The notes under the pieces were generated by a model, which was given only the letters and a program-made list of their open reading frames with translations, made no database searches and was not told the origin of the DNA. DNA of 64,000 bases. Source: Marsupella aquatica. Its lineage: Eukaryota; Plantae; Marchantiophyta. The position numbers and the translations under genes were made by a program. This document shows, piece by piece, positions 36,901 through 51,300 of the stretch. Numbering within the stretch: position 1 is the first letter of the stretch; the number at the start of each line of letters is the position of its first letter. Where the stretch lies: assembly GCA_973895155.1 (NCBI GenBank), contig OZ316894.1:13385480-13449479 (forward strand), written 5' to 3'.

Positions 36901-37873
36901 GCAGGGGAGCGATACCTGGGCATTGGGGCTTCGAAGACTTGGTAGGGAGTATGCAGAGGTTCTATGAATTACCTGAAGAATGCCTAATGGGAGCATTAGA
37001 GCTTTTGGTAGTTTGGGGATGAGAAAAGTGGAGGATCTGTGGTCTACTAGGAATCGGGACTGGAAAGACATCTCTGGAAGATTGCATAGGATGAGAGGAC
37101 TTTCCTCTATTGGCAGATCTGAACTCAATGTATTACTTTATACAGTGTGTGATATGCTGCTATACTGTGGGGGGCCGGGAATCTGGTGTTGTTGCTTGAC
37201 TGTGGAAATGGAATGATACTGAGACTGAAATGAGGAGATTTACCACAACAAATCTGAGGATGTATGAGATGCTATGACCTAAAGGCTCTGATTGGGAAGG
37301 CTAAATCGTATATGGAATGTGACACTGAATGAGCAGGAATGGAGCTCAGTCTGGAAGGGGTTGTGGTCTTCGAACCTCTCTACGCGAGCTAAGATCTTCA
37401 TATGGCAAATTATTGCTCAGGGGCTTTTTTCTGGTGTTTGGGCCCTACGGATCGGGAAATCAAATGGATGCTGCACAATGTGCACCTCTAGGATAGAAAC
37501 CTTACCACATTTATTTTGCCACTGTAAGCATGCTATCAATGTCTGGACTGAGATGAAGAGATGGATGAGAGGAGAGCTTATCGGAAGCTTTACAAGCATT
37601 GTTGAACTGCTGTGCTCCATTCAGAGACGCTCACCTCTTCTATCACTGTGGGCCTTCATAATTTATCAGGTTTTGTGGCACTTGTGGAATGCTAGGAATG
37701 TACAAGTGTTCGAATTAACACCTTGCCGCTCTTTTGATCCGATGCAAATCATTTCTGAATGCATGGATCACATCATGGCGTTGTCGGTGGGAGCTACCTC
37801 CCTCTCTTGTAAGAAACAGGAACGGCTAAATATAGCTTTGAAGCTCCTAGAAACAGAACGCAGGGCACTTTAA
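33971..37873 (+). pseudogene. LINE ORF2: APE endonuclease, RT, zf-RVT, with stops and frameshifts
   Basis: SWNVCGL, ALQEIK, GDFN, SDHDP (APE); KAPGIDG, LDFEKAFDRV, RQGCPLSP, LFADD (RT); CTMC...ETLPHLFCHC. Confidence 0.92.
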
Positions 37874-39780
37874 GGGCACAAGTAAGAAGAATAGTGACTG
37901 TCAGAAGCTGAAATGGACCTGTGGACTAGACAGTGCTTTGCTGAGAAGTTCTTGGATCCTGAGAAAACCTTTGGGGTCACTCCCCTGCATGAGTATGTAG
38001 TAGACATTTAGGTGAACTTTAGGTGGTGAGCTTTTCATCTGCTTAAATAGGCCCTTGACTGGTCCACTCTGTTTTTCTTTCCCTTTGAGGATCTCTTTTG
38101 CCTGTGGGCCTGCTGATTCCCTCTCCGTGGGGTTCAAGCAGAATAAATGAAAATTAAATTTAAAAAAGAAAATAAAAATGCTAGGGACGATGGAGGAGAT
38201 AAAAGGATTCTGACACAGAATTGCGATTTTTTGGATAGTAGTCTAATTCAAGGAAGACTTGGGGATTTTTTTTTGGCTGATCAAGAATTGAATTGGAATG
38301 CGCTGCTGTTCATATGGTGAAAAGGAGGATCTAAGGGAAGAAACTGATGCGCAACTAAAGAAAGATGATGAAAGAGTTTGAGAACTTAAGAGTAAAAGGC
38401 GATGAAGCTTGATGTTTCTTTTGGTTGAGAAGAGACTACAATGGTACTCAATTCCGAAATAGGCTACAATGCCCTGTGTGGAAGGAGAAACAAAGATTGA
38501 TTTTAAAGAGAGTGCAATAGAAAAGATCTAATGCTACGAGGCGAAAAGGGGTCATGAGGTAATGAGAAGAAAATTAAGTGGAGAGCTCGGGTTTTTGCGA
38601 GTGGAAGCGAGTATATCATTTTCATTGAATTAATGTAAAAATGGTTGATGTTGCAGATGTGGAGTATGGTGAGGAGGGTTAAGATGAGTTTGAAAGATAC
38701 ACTCCTTGACATCATGCAAGTTGAACGTATTGCTGAAGAACTATGAGAAGAGAAGAAAAGGCCAAAAAAAAACTGCTCTTAGCAGAGTCAAAAGCAGAGA
38801 GACTAAATTTGAATTGAATCAAGAAGAACAACTGTAACCCGGAAAAACAATTCTAGGGTCAAAGCTCTTGTAGTATATCTTTGAAGTTGGGATGAACTTA
38901 AGTTCTAGAGGAATCAGGAAAGCATTCAGAGAAAAACTGAAAACAGGCTGACAGTGGCGATTCTGAAAAATTGTGGTGAACCCTGGAAGGAATGTTTTAA
39001 CAGCCAAGATGCAAAGCGGAACGCTGGAAAACTGTGTAGCAGACTGAACATGAAGGACAGAGTTAGAAAAACACGAGTAATTCCATGTGGGAATTTTGAA
39101 AGAATGTGTTTTTACTTATTTTTCTTGGACCAAGAGGAGGGAAAACCATTTCATGAAGTTAATTAGGAGATTCCAGTTAGAAGTATGGATTACTTAGACC
39201 ACTTTTGATTTAATGTTTTGGAGCTCTAGTAAGATAGATGAAGTTAAAAAATTGATTTCTTTTGATGACTAGAACCCGGTGATTGGGTCAATTTTTAAGT
39301 TAGGAACTGTTTGCTGCCATGGGATTTGAAGATTCTGGTCGTAGATTCTTCTTGTTGTGGGATTGGAAAATTGAGAAGAAGGAAAAAGGAGGGCCAAAAG
39401 AAGAAGCTCGGGAAGTGGAAAAGAAAAATGAAGACAAGAGGGAAACAAGATGACGAATGAAGCTTTGTAGCGAGTGTCAAGGCATGACTATCGACGACTG
39501 ACCTGATGACCTGAAGTGGGTTTAGCATGGAAAACAATTAAGAAGTTTGGATTACTTTTAGTCGTGGAAATAATGAGTTGTAGATGAGTGAAAAAGATGT
39601 ATGAGTAAAATTTATGAATGCATTGAGTTGTGAATGAATGATAGTGATGATTCAATGTTTTTGATAAGAATGGATTAGTGTAATTTGACTTTGAAAATGA
39701 GAACTAAAAAGAATTAAATGGAGCTTAAATAACTTATAAAACTAAGATAAAAAGGGTCAAGTCCCTAAAAACATAGAAAG

Positions 39781-42700
39781 TGTTGTAACTCATACCTGAG
39801 TTAAGTCTACCTTTGGGATAACTACCTATGTAACTACCCTAACTACTTAGGCTGTAGCCACATGTACATATTCTACCAGGAATACAGATGGAACAACTCT
39901 TTGTCTCATTTCTCCCACAACACGTTATCAGCGCTTTGTCTCACCAGCGGAGCAGAGAGAAGAGAACAGGCTATGGCGATTAAAATCTGAAAACGCTCGG
40001 GAAGAGAAGAAGAAGAGAGATCGAACAAGAGAGCACTTTTTAGAAAATCAGACATAGAAATTCATAAGGCATTCGAGAGGAATCGACAAGGACAGCAAGA
40101 ACAGAAACGCAAATCGATATCATCACACAAGAGGACCGATCCTGAGAAGCAGCATTCCCCTCCAGGGTGAAAAGGATAAGAAGAGCAAGACGACAACAAT
40201 AGAGAGAAGACGATCAAAAAGTAGAAAGAAGAATTCGATTAGGACATCGCGACCTCATAGGGACAGGCCTCGCTCGATAGCCAATGATAGTCGCACGGGA
40301 TGCAGCTATCTTGGAGCAAAATTTGGCTATCACGGAGAGAATAGCTGCATATGAGGAGAGAGACGCTGCTCTTCTGCTACGTGACGTAGCTTACGCTGAT
40401 CGAGATTCCGCCATGGAGGAACGCGATGCTGCTGTTACAACTCTTGATATTTCAGCGAACAACACCCTTGTCGAAAAGAGGCCATTGGTGAAAGATTCAA
40501 AGCTCTTCCATACGCTGAGTATGAAAAAGAATTGTACTATTGTAGGAGTTTTTCATCAGGCTCCCTTGCCTTCCACACGGTACAGTGCTGTTGTTCAAGA
40601 GCAAAGTGACCTTGGCAAGATCGGCAATGCCAAAAGAGTCAGTTTGTGGGTTTCCTAGGAAGAGGAAGCTAATAGTGAAATCTACGCTCGATCGCACAGT
40701 GCATTCGAAAAGATCATGTCGTTCTCCCCAGGAGCATCGTTTGGAGCTTGGAGATAGCGACGAGGCCGATTACCTGAAGGGCCCAAACGATGATGTTCAC
40801 GTTGATAATGTGCGATACCCCATTCCCCACTGCTCCTGTATAGGTGTGAGACAGCAGTGTTACAGATGGGGTAACGGGGGCTGGCAATTCTTGTGTTGCA
40901 CTACTATGATCTCCATGAACTTTTTGGAACAACTCGGCTCCGAAGGGATAAATGTAAATTATCCTGTCGATTTGAAGGAGCACTGGGCAAAGCATGGAAC
41001 TAACCGTTACGTTACAATTCGATAACAAGATGAAGCATGCTCCGTCATTCAAGATCGACGACATGTAGGGAAGTTTCCGTCAATCATATTTGTGAAGCTC
41101 TCTTGACAGGCGCAAAATGTTTTGGTTTCGGGGGCCAAGTGAGGCACACTGGGCGTTTGCCAAGATGATACGTGGTTATACTGACGCGTCTGCACGAGTT
41201 CCACATTTGAAGTATATAATACTGTTGTATTTTGTAAGTTCATGGAGATCTGCGTTTTGGAACGAGTCATCAGACCTCCTATTTCCAGTCCGTGAAGGCG
41301 ACCTCATACGGAAGATTGATTCATAAGGAACACCCATACGCCTAATTCCCAATTGAAAAGATAAGAAGAGAGAAGATGCTACAGAAATCGAACGCAGATC
41401 GTGAGCAGGGCAGGCAGCATCGCGAACATATAAAGACAGTCCATGATCGAACGCGAAGGGAGAAACTGAAAACTTCGAAGGAAAGAATGCGAGACAGAGG
41501 AGAAACAATAAGCACCGAAGGCAAGGAGGATAAATCCAAGAACATTGAAGGAAGCACAAACCCAAAAAACCAAAGAGAGAATGTGAGGAACGCCAGGAGA
41601 GAGAAGGACGTCCAGTGCAGACGGAGATCGTGGTACAAGCTAAAGACGAGACGCTGGGCAAAGGAGGCAAACAAAGAGAAGCCATCAAACCAAAGGAAAG
41701 TCCTCCACCTTTTCTTCTAAGAAGACCATTTTACACTAAGTAATGGAGAACTAAAGAACAAAGAGACTTTCTCTTCAAAAGGAAAGAAAAACCAAACAAC
41801 AAAGCATGAAGTAAGGACATAAAGAAAGAAGCTAAACTACAGAACCTACATGGCGACAAATGATGATTACTTCCACCAATTAATTTCATAAATTCAAGGG
41901 GAGATATTTTTCCCAGGGGTGCCTACTACACATAAAATCCCTGTGCCTACTGCACATGGAAGCAAATGGGTGCCTATTGCACACCCAGCCAGAAAGGAAA
42001 AATATTTGACAAATTGAGGGGGAGACCTCAAGCAAGACTTGCCTCCCAGAAATTTAACCCATGGGATGTGCCTACTGCACAAGTGCTTTTCACAACAATC
42101 AATATTTAAAAAATAAAAATGGAACTACATTCCATGAGTTAGAAGCATATGGCCAAATTATGAAAAATGCATTAAATCACCAATATTGGATGACATGTCA
42201 TGATGACTAAAATTGGAAATATCAAAGACCCCACATCATATCATAATAAGGTATCATATGATCATATGAAGTATGGTATCACATTACAAGGTACTATCAA
42301 GTGAGGTATGACTTGGTAAGGCACCATGACAGATGGTACGCTATACCTTGATAGGAAATCCCTATGACATATGAGACCTAGGATTGGACACTCCAAACGA
42401 TTCCAAGGCCAATGGATTTCAATCAACCATATCATCTTCATTATGAGCTAATACCTTGTTTTTTTTTCTTTGCATGTCATCTATGACCATTCAGGAATCT
42501 TCATTACCTGATCAGGAAGAGACGCAAGACACACAACACAATCAACTTTGCTAACACCAACCAAGGAGGATCTTCAACATGCCTATAGTGTTGACAAACA
42601 CCTTAAGAGACTTTGTAGAAATTACACATACACTATATGCTTAAACCCAATTATGTTACACCCATGGGGATGGTAATACTCTTTCCTCCCACAAAGAAAG

Positions 42701-43069
42701 TAGGGGAGGTTTTAATGAGATTACATCCCCCACTTACACTTTACCATGCAACATGAATTATAAGACATCTATTAGGAGAAGCTTTACATTCATTTATAGT
42801 AGACTTGAGATGGCTACACCATTTATAAAATAGGCTAGACATAAACAAAACCTATTGTATACCACTGAGTATGCCCACAGTAGACTCTTGATTGTAACAT
42901 TTAAACCCCAATGTTACAAAGGGGGAGTGTTGTAACTCATACCTGAGTTAAGTCTACCTTTGGGATAACTACCTATGTAACTACCCTAACTACTTAGGCT
43001 GTAGCCACATGTACATATTCTACCAGGAATACAGATGGAACAACTCTTTGTCTCATTTCTCCCACAACA
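39781..43069 (+). mobile_element. Non-autonomous LTR retroelement (Bianca-like copia derivative) with a captured BPC gene
   Basis: Identical 142-bp LTRs at 39781-39922 and 42928-43069; 5-bp TSD GAAAG on both sides; PBS-like CGTTATCAGC after the 5' LTR; PPT aaagggggag before the 3' LTR; no intact gag/pol. Confidence 0.92.
40284..41025 (+). pseudogene. BPC: BBR/BPC GAGA-binding transcription factor retrocopy (class II type, Ala-zipper)
   Basis: ARDAAILEQNLAITERIAAYEERDAA Ala-zipper; PIPHCSCIGVRQQCYRWGNGGWQ..CCTT..SM and PVDLKEHWAKHGTNRYVTIR. No introns seen; one frameshift and an internal deletion of the YPLP..GRKMS segment. Confidence 0.9.
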
Positions 43070-43089
43070 GAAAGTTTAATTTCACACCG

Positions 43090-43570
43090 CTTTAAATTGG
43101 TCCCTGACACCGGCAGAGCGCTATCATTTTCTTGGCTAATCTCTCAAACGCTCTTAGAAACATGGAGTGATAAATAGGGATAGCCTATAAAATGTGCCTA
43201 ACCAGAAGTGTCCGTCCTGAAAAGGACAACAGTTTATTTGGCCAAGAGGATAAGCGCATGTCAATTTTACCTTGAACAAATTTGTGCAATTGAATGCATC
43301 TTCAAGTCCACCCCCAAGGGGGCACCCAGATACTTTTGTAACTCTCCTTTGTGGCTAATCACACAACCTATATTTGACAGCCATCTCAGTATAGTATTCA
43401 TTTCCAGTGGGATAACAATGGATTTTCGCACGTTGAGTCTTGCTCTAGTTGCTGTTTCATAGCAATGCAATACAATTGTGGCCATTTCAAAGCTCCTTAG
43501 TGTGGCAGGGATAAACATTCCCATGTCATCCGCAAATAGCCTATAACAAATTGTTAGCTCATCCAAGATT
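43090..43570 (-). mobile_element. LINE RT fragment
   Basis: CYRLFADDMGMFIP...KYLGAPLGV, homologous to 36100-36350. Confidence 0.8.
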
Positions 43571-45105
43571 TTTGTGGTGCGTTTCCCAACACCTCTAACC
43601 CCAAGAACCATCTGCAACCGGCTAAAAACCACTACTTATGGCCGGCTTTTGGTGTTTGGTTTGGCTGCTATCCGACTTGAAAACGCGGTCTAATCTTCAA
43701 TCCACACTTTGCTGGACCGATTCTTTCACTGGGCTTGTGAATTGTGTGTAGCTAAGACGCCTAATTCCTCATTTGACTTGGTCGAGTATGTTTGTATTCT
43801 GCCCCCGGAATGTACCTCTACGGCTTAATCTCTTAAGCCGGCTGAAGGTTTTTCTCAGACCGACTCAAATCACACTTTAACCAACAAAACACTCTCAATC
43901 CTCACTTTTCTCTCAGAGTTTGGTTTGGCAGTCTCCAATCAAGATAATGTGATCATATTAGCTTCACAGTATCACTCTATCTAACTCAAATCGATCGAGC
44001 AACAAGTATCACAACACACAACCACTAGTAGAAAACAATGTATTTTATGACCAAAACAATGACTATTAATCAGGTCTTTTTAACAAAACAATGACGCAAT
44101 TGTTCTCGTCTTTCCAGACACGTCACAACGGACATTTTGGTCACGGTCCTTTTGGACAAATGACGCTAAAAACATGTGGTCATTTCATACTATCCTAAAT
44201 GACCGTTTTTATGATATGGTCATAAATGTTGAACGGTCCAAAATGACGACACAAATCACCATCGACGGTCAATTGCCGTTGACCGTCGATGGTCCCCGTA
44301 CCCAATCACACAACGACACGTGGCAATAAAAAAACTAATAACATTGGTCATTTTGGACAGTCCAAAATGACGTACATTATATAACAAATCAAATAGTGAC
44401 ACGTGGTTCAAAGAGGATTCACCATTTGGCAATATATTTGGGTCATTTTGGACGTGTCCAAAATGACTACAGTATAAACAAGTCATATTGAGACACGTGG
44501 TTCAATTGGGAGAAGACACGTAAAGATACACATTAGTCATTAATGACATGTCTTGAATGACATAAAGTGAGTCATAGTGGACTTGTTTATAATGACCATG
44601 AGAAAGGTCATTGTATATGTCATTCTTTGAATCATTTAGTCTATGTCTTTAATGACCAGAGTTGAGTCATATTGGTCACAAAGATAGTTGTGAATAATGA
44701 CCATTACATCAGTCATTCTAGCTAGTCATTTAGTCATTCAAGCCAATCATTCAGACGAAGTATTCAATGATTTGGAGAAATTCAAATTTAAGTGATCATG
44801 ATAGATAAAACTTGATGTCAATCAAAAATCATATATTACAAAGCCATTCAATAGAGTTGCTAAATGAAAACTTAAAGAAACATTCGATATATATCACAAA
44901 TCCAATTGATATTCATACAAGATACCTTCATAAGTCTCACGGTAAATATTGAACTCAATGCAAATTTATGAAACAAAATTACATTGACATCAATAATATT
45001 AGATTGTCAATTGTTACAACCTGACATACCAATCACTCTGCATGTTTATAGAAAAACAGAGTTGTCATTCTATCATGTCTATTGTTTCTTGATAGAGTGC
45101 TATTT

Positions 45106-47989
45106 CTATTGCTTCTTAAGCAATCTAGAGTTCCATAGGGCATTCATCCCTTTCACATCAGATAATTTAGACTGGTTCTCCCCTGAATTGGCAAATGGCA
45201 ATGCCACATCTACAAACACTTCAATCACACGCACTCGCAAGAAAGGGCTTTCAAAATCTGCACAATGAAACTTATCTTCTCCTGGCAGCCCTGTCACCTC
45301 ACCTTCTGCCACTATCATGGAATTGTCCACAACGCTCTTCATCTTCACCAAATCTCCTCTTGCAAACTGTGAACAACACATTTTGTTAAAAATGCAATAA
45401 ACAGAAATTGAAAGATAGAAGAACACTCAAATCAAACACACATTTACCTTTGCAACGGGGTTAGGAGACTGCATTGGTTTCTTCTGTGCAGGTGATGCAT
45501 TTGCTGAGGATCCTTTCTTCCTTTTCTTCTTTCCCTTTCTAGTTGATGGAGTGTCATCCTGTTCACTTGGAATGGGAGTTTCTTTTGGCAACTCAGATGA
45601 TTCTGGGGTTACATCTGGTGTCAACTGAGTCGACTTATCCTCTGGCAACTGAAAGACATCTGAAATGGCTTCTTTGGGCAACTTAGATGGCAAAAGGTTC
45701 ACTTCCAATTCAGTTTGCTTTAGAGTACTGTTAGCTGTGTCAGTTGGTCTTCCCTGTGACACAGGAGGCTCCCCTAAAGATGCTGTCATAAAACACACAC
45801 AAAAGAAATGCATAAACAAACATGTATACACCAGCAACATATAATCACACTAAAAACATGCAAGAACATTATAAACATGCAATGACATATACACATCACA
45901 ATAATTACATTGAATGGACAGTGTATACATGATAGAGAATTTTACCTTCATTATCGCCTGAAAAAGTAAGAGATCGCTTTCTACTACCTTGTTTGGTAGT
46001 TGTAGTCAACTTACTGTGACTAGGCACAACTGTTGGAACTTGTGCATTACTGGGGTGATGTGCCATCCACGTAGTCATCATGTTTGTCAACTCCCTCACA
46101 GTGCCTTTCAACTCAGCGACATCCAATTTCACAGCCCCAATGGCAGTGATCTCTTCTTTTGAATGTGGGGTCTGTAAATGAACCACAAACCAACACAACA
46201 GTCTCACTGTCAAACTTACAAACGACACAACACTGGCTCTGTCAAATGGAGAATGATGTACAAATCAAATTGGTATGACAATACTCACAGCTGATCCATG
46301 TCTGTTTCCTTGCCCCAGTAAGCTAGCACTTTTACCCTCCCCACTTGCCAATGATGGGCTCACCTTTGCTCCCACAAAACTACCAGTCTGACCTTCTGCA
46401 CTTGCCAATGATGGGCTCATTGTCACCTTTGGCAATGAACCCTGACTACCATGGTTTTCTTTCAGGTCAGATATACCTGGGCTTGATCCTCTCTTCTGCT
46501 TCTGTTCAAACACACAATGAATGAGAAATCACAGAGTTTGTTTTCATCAAGATTCACAAACAAGACAGAATTGATAGTGAAAATGATAGACAATTTACCA
46601 TTCTCTTTGCTGCTGCAGCATGCCCTCCCCTTCCAAAGTGAGAGGTATCTTGCACTCGTGCTCTTTTATCAGTCATCTGTTTACTCAAAGATATCAATGC
46701 TGGACTGGTAAAATGAGATACCAAAGCTGCCCATTTCTTTGGATCAACACCAGATGGCCCAAGTTTGGTTGGATCCTCATTGCAAACTTTCTTCCAATAA
46801 ACATGCATTTTATGGCGCTCTCTCTTCAATATGCCACGACAATGACTCTGGAATTTGGTGTTAATAAATTCCCCACCCACATACTCCCACTCAGCTGCCA
46901 TGTTATTCCACACTGTGGTTGTATGAACTTGTGGATGATCAGTCCATTTTGGCTTTGATACATCAAAGACTCTGAGTACGTTGCCACAAAGTTCCTCCAG
47001 CCAGTATTGTTTGTTGCCATCAGAATCATCAATATCATTGTCATAAATCTGCATTTCATAGACAATGTCAGATCATAACTCTGGAATTTATGCAGAGTCC
47101 AGGTTTTATACACACAACAACAGAGAGGATCAGATTTGTCTAAATCTACAAACAAGTACAATACTCACTTTAATGTGTTTGGGCACCTCTCCGCAATCCC
47201 TTCGTTGTTTGGCAGTATTATCAAACTGCTTCTTAGCATGCCTTCGTTCCCTGCGCATCTCAGAGGCCCCTCCTGCAATGCACACACATGCATTCAATCA
47301 AAAAATATGTACATGATTGAAAAGTTGAGCAAATGTACTTGCATATGCAACACGAGCAGATTGTGTATTACCTGAAGATCCTCTGGAATGTAGTACATCA
47401 GATTGACCTGATCTGCCTTCAGATGCTGATGGAACCACTAAACAAACACACAACACCAAAGCACTTCAATTAATTTCATTTCCAAGTAGAATATCAACTT
47501 CCAAACACACCTGAAAAGTAGAACAGTACAATCCACTCACTTTCATATAAGAGTCCAGTGTCTGGGTCTTTCCAACATCTCACTAGCCCACCTCCACCAG
47601 GCCCAGTCTTCTTAGGACCACAATTTTGTTTCTGTACCTACATCATGGACAACGTAAGCATATCAACATATAATTTGAAAAAGGGACAAGGATCCCTTCC
47701 TATTAGGATGATGAAGTTCAAGCATTACCTGTTGTGCACTCTCTGGTTCTGACCCTCCAATGTCAGAATCCTCAGTGTCATACTCAGAAGGAGAACCATA
47801 GCCATCATCACCAAACTCTGCCATGTTCACCTTGGTAACTTCTGATAGTCTAGAGCTCCTCCTCTTTGGCAATGTTTCAGTTGAAGTACCTTTCACCAAA
47901 GCAGGCTTTCCTCTCTCTCGTTGTACATGTGTGGTTGGGCCTCTAAGGAACAAAGCAATCATCAACATACACCAATGCAGATCAAACAT
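45106..47989 (-). CDS. CACTA TnpA-like (Ptta/Transposase_24-like) multi-exon gene; boundaries approximate
   Basis: W..LVSHF......SKQM...RARVQ..SHFGRGGHAA motif (46554-47054); further exons ending VAEGEV..LPGEDKFH...RVRVIEV..DVALPF...LWN. Confidence 0.65.
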
Positions 47990-48371
47990 ACATGCAAAAT
48001 GAATCTACAACACCATAACACTAGTACTTATGTACAGGATCCATACTAGTATGAGACCAATCTGGAATATGAAAACAGAACATGAACCTGACAACTCCAT
48101 CTACTGAATCAAATTTGCAATAGACATATCAACACACACATCAGCTTGCAGTCTGGCCCCAGTCCTAGATCACGCATAATTCTGACATTATGCTCTATGT
48201 TCCGATTTCGGGCCTCCTCATAAGGATTCACAGAATGTGACAACCCTTGCAATCTTCCTTTCACAGGCTGCATTCACCAACTGCACAAATGGATAAACCA
48301 TTAGTCTGATTTCATAAATAGTCCATACATGTAGTCCATCTATGGACTTCACACACCTAGCTAAAACCTAT

Positions 48372-51300
48372 TCACTGCTTAGGCCTGCCCTTTCTTGCAG
48401 ATCCCTCTGCATCTCTGCCTCGTTTGGGACCAGTACTTGGTCCTGGATTTTCTCTGGACCTACAGGCCTTAGCCAATTCGATGTGTAATTTGACATTGTT
48501 TTCCATTGTAGCATGGAAATCAACGTCTGTGTAATCACCTAACACCCTTGTGGACCTGGATTCTTTGTGGAGGATTGTTCTCCATGCTATCCCCTTCTCA
48601 TTGGGGTGGAAGAAAACCTGCTCCACTTGCTTTGGGAAAACGTAATCCATTTTCTTGGACACACCCAGTTCTCTATGGAAATTCACCTGCCAAAGACCAG
48701 ACTTGGTATACCTCATACTGGCAGAGGATTTAGGAGTCCATGATGGATCTGCCCATTTCCCTTTGAAAAGAATCACCTCTTTCCTCAAGCTGCCATAATT
48801 CAGTACCAAGATATCTGTCAAGGCCCCTACATACTGTACAGATTCTTCTATGGTTGCACCAGACCTGTCCACTCGCTTCTCAGTGAATGTAGAAGCCATC
48901 CCAGAATCAAAAGTGCTGAAAGCACCAGAATCACAATCACTCAAACACCCCAAGGATGGAATAGTCCTCCAATGGTGCCCATAGGCTCTACATGCCCTAT
49001 ACAGTCGTGCCTTCAAACTAGGTGGTGTGGAGTATGCAGATAGTAATGACCGCTCAGACTCTTTCTCAAAATTATGGGTATTGACTAATGTTTGAAACCA
49101 TTCCCTGAAAGGTGGCAATTCTTGGCAGTCTACGGGAAATTCCACTGGTTTTCTTCGATTGGCAGGCTTCCTCATCCACTCCTTCCGGAAATCCACTCTT
49201 CGTTTGGTAACAGTCTCATTGGTAGCATCATATATCCTGCATGGCAACAACAACACTGAAGACATTAGTGCACGATCCACCATGAATATACAAACACAAT
49301 GGGGAAACATAATTATGATCCATATGCCTAAGGATAGGAGAGTTTCTAGGGTTTATGTACCTATACCATGGAGCCACTGTCTCTTCATTCTCTAATATAT
49401 AATGATGCATGGCCATCATTTCAGACCAATCCAAAGTTATCGCCTTTGCAGCCCCTTCCAAAACAATGCCTGCAACGCCAGCATCCTCCTCCAACTCCCA
49501 GGTTCGTTTTCCCTCTCCCTTTGCATCAATCATGTATTCAGAAAGAAATCCCAAAGACTCATCTAATACATAGCCTTCAGCCATAGAAGCCTCTGGACGT
49601 GCCTTGTTTCGTACATAACCCTTCAATACCTTCAGGTTCCTCTCTATTGGGTACATCCATCTGCCTGTAACTGGGCCACACAAGTCTAATTCCTCCACTA
49701 GGTGAATCATTAAATGGGTCATGACATCAAAGAAGCTTGGTGGAAAATGGATTTCCAAAATGCAGAGAGTGAATGCAACATCCATCATCAAATTCTCATA
49801 CATTGAAGGGTCCCACACCTTCGTACAGATCTGGCGATAGATATTGCTCACCCCAGCTATGGCCAAGCGAACCCCTTCATCAAGTAATCCCATTGTTGCC
49901 AGAGGGAGAATCTGTTGCATGAGTTGGTGGAAATCATGTGATTTCAACCCAGAGAGTTTCTTGGATTTTGTAACACACTTTGCCAAAGAACTTGAAAAAC
50001 CAGTGGGCCCTTTCAAGGTCAATAAAACCTCCAAGAACCTTGTTCTTTCCTTCTTGCTCAGGCAATATGGGGCTGGGGGCATCAACAATTTGTCATCCTT
50101 ACGCTTGGGAGCTGGATTGGGTACAAGCCATAGGTGTTGGCGCACCTGTAAGAGCTTCATGTCTTCTCTCACAGAAGGAGTGTCCTTGGTCCCAATGATA
50201 GTGTGCACAATGTTGTGTGCAAGATTCTTCTCACAGTGCATGGGATCTAGACAATGGTTAATGAGTAGTTTCTGCAGTGGACACACAATTCAGAAATTAG
50301 GGCATTGAATACAACTTTTGGCATCACTGGGCAGTAGTTTGTGCAGTGGACACAATTCAGAAATTAGTGCATTGAATACAACAATTACAAAATCTGGGCT
50401 ACAGGAAGTATATGAAGAGAATATATTTCAAAGTCATATGAAGAGATTGCAGAAATTCATTGTAGTAGTATGGAGTCTTACATTCCAATAGGGCAACTTG
50501 TACAGACCAGTAGCCCTCTTCACTCCATGCACCTTTATGGGGCATTTCTCATCCTCAACCTTGGTTCCTCCCTTCTTCAAATATTCTGTTGTCTCGTCTC
50601 CCCACTTCTTTCTATCAGAGCTTGTCATTCTACACGGTGCAGGTCGACTCTCAATTGCACCATCAAAGTATTGTGCACTATCTGGTCTACGAAAAAGATG
50701 CCTTGTTGCTAACCATCGACGGTGGCCACTGTACTCTAATTTCTGCAAGTGCTTAGAACCACGTGCCACACATTCTGGCCCACAGATGACACATCCTTTG
50801 TATCCAGAGTGTTGTTGTCCAGATATTAAACCATATGCAGGGTAATCATTGATTGTCCACAATAGCACAGCCCTAAGGTTGAAGTGTTGAGACAATCCTG
50901 GGCGTGGCAATTTGTCAAAGCAGGGCACTCCTTTCTTCCACAACAGCTCCAACTCCTCATAGAATGGGCCCAATATTATGTCTAGCTGTTCCTCTGTTAC
51001 TGAATCAGGTCCTGGAATCAGCATAGCTAGCATGACAAAGAACTTCTTGGTGGTAAGCCAAGGAGGTAAATTGTAATTCAACAACAGTATTGGCCAGGTA
51101 GACCAAGCTGTGGAATTATTCCCAAAGGGATTCACCCCATCAAGTGCCAACCCAAATCGCACATTCCTTGGTTCAGCTGCAAATTCCCGATCAATATTTG
51201 TATCCACATGCTTCCAAGCCTTTGAATCTGCTGCGTGCCGAACCATGTTGTCTGTGCTTCTATTCTCATGATGCCAAGTCATGAGTTTAGATGTACCAGC

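Larger units (their letters stand above)
24397..38176 (+). mobile_element. Full-length L1-clade LINE with a nested gypsy element
   Basis: 13-bp TSD AATGCTAGGGACG at 24384-24396 and 38177-38189. A-rich tail at ~38143-38176. ORF1 and ORF2 remnants present. Confidence 0.8.
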
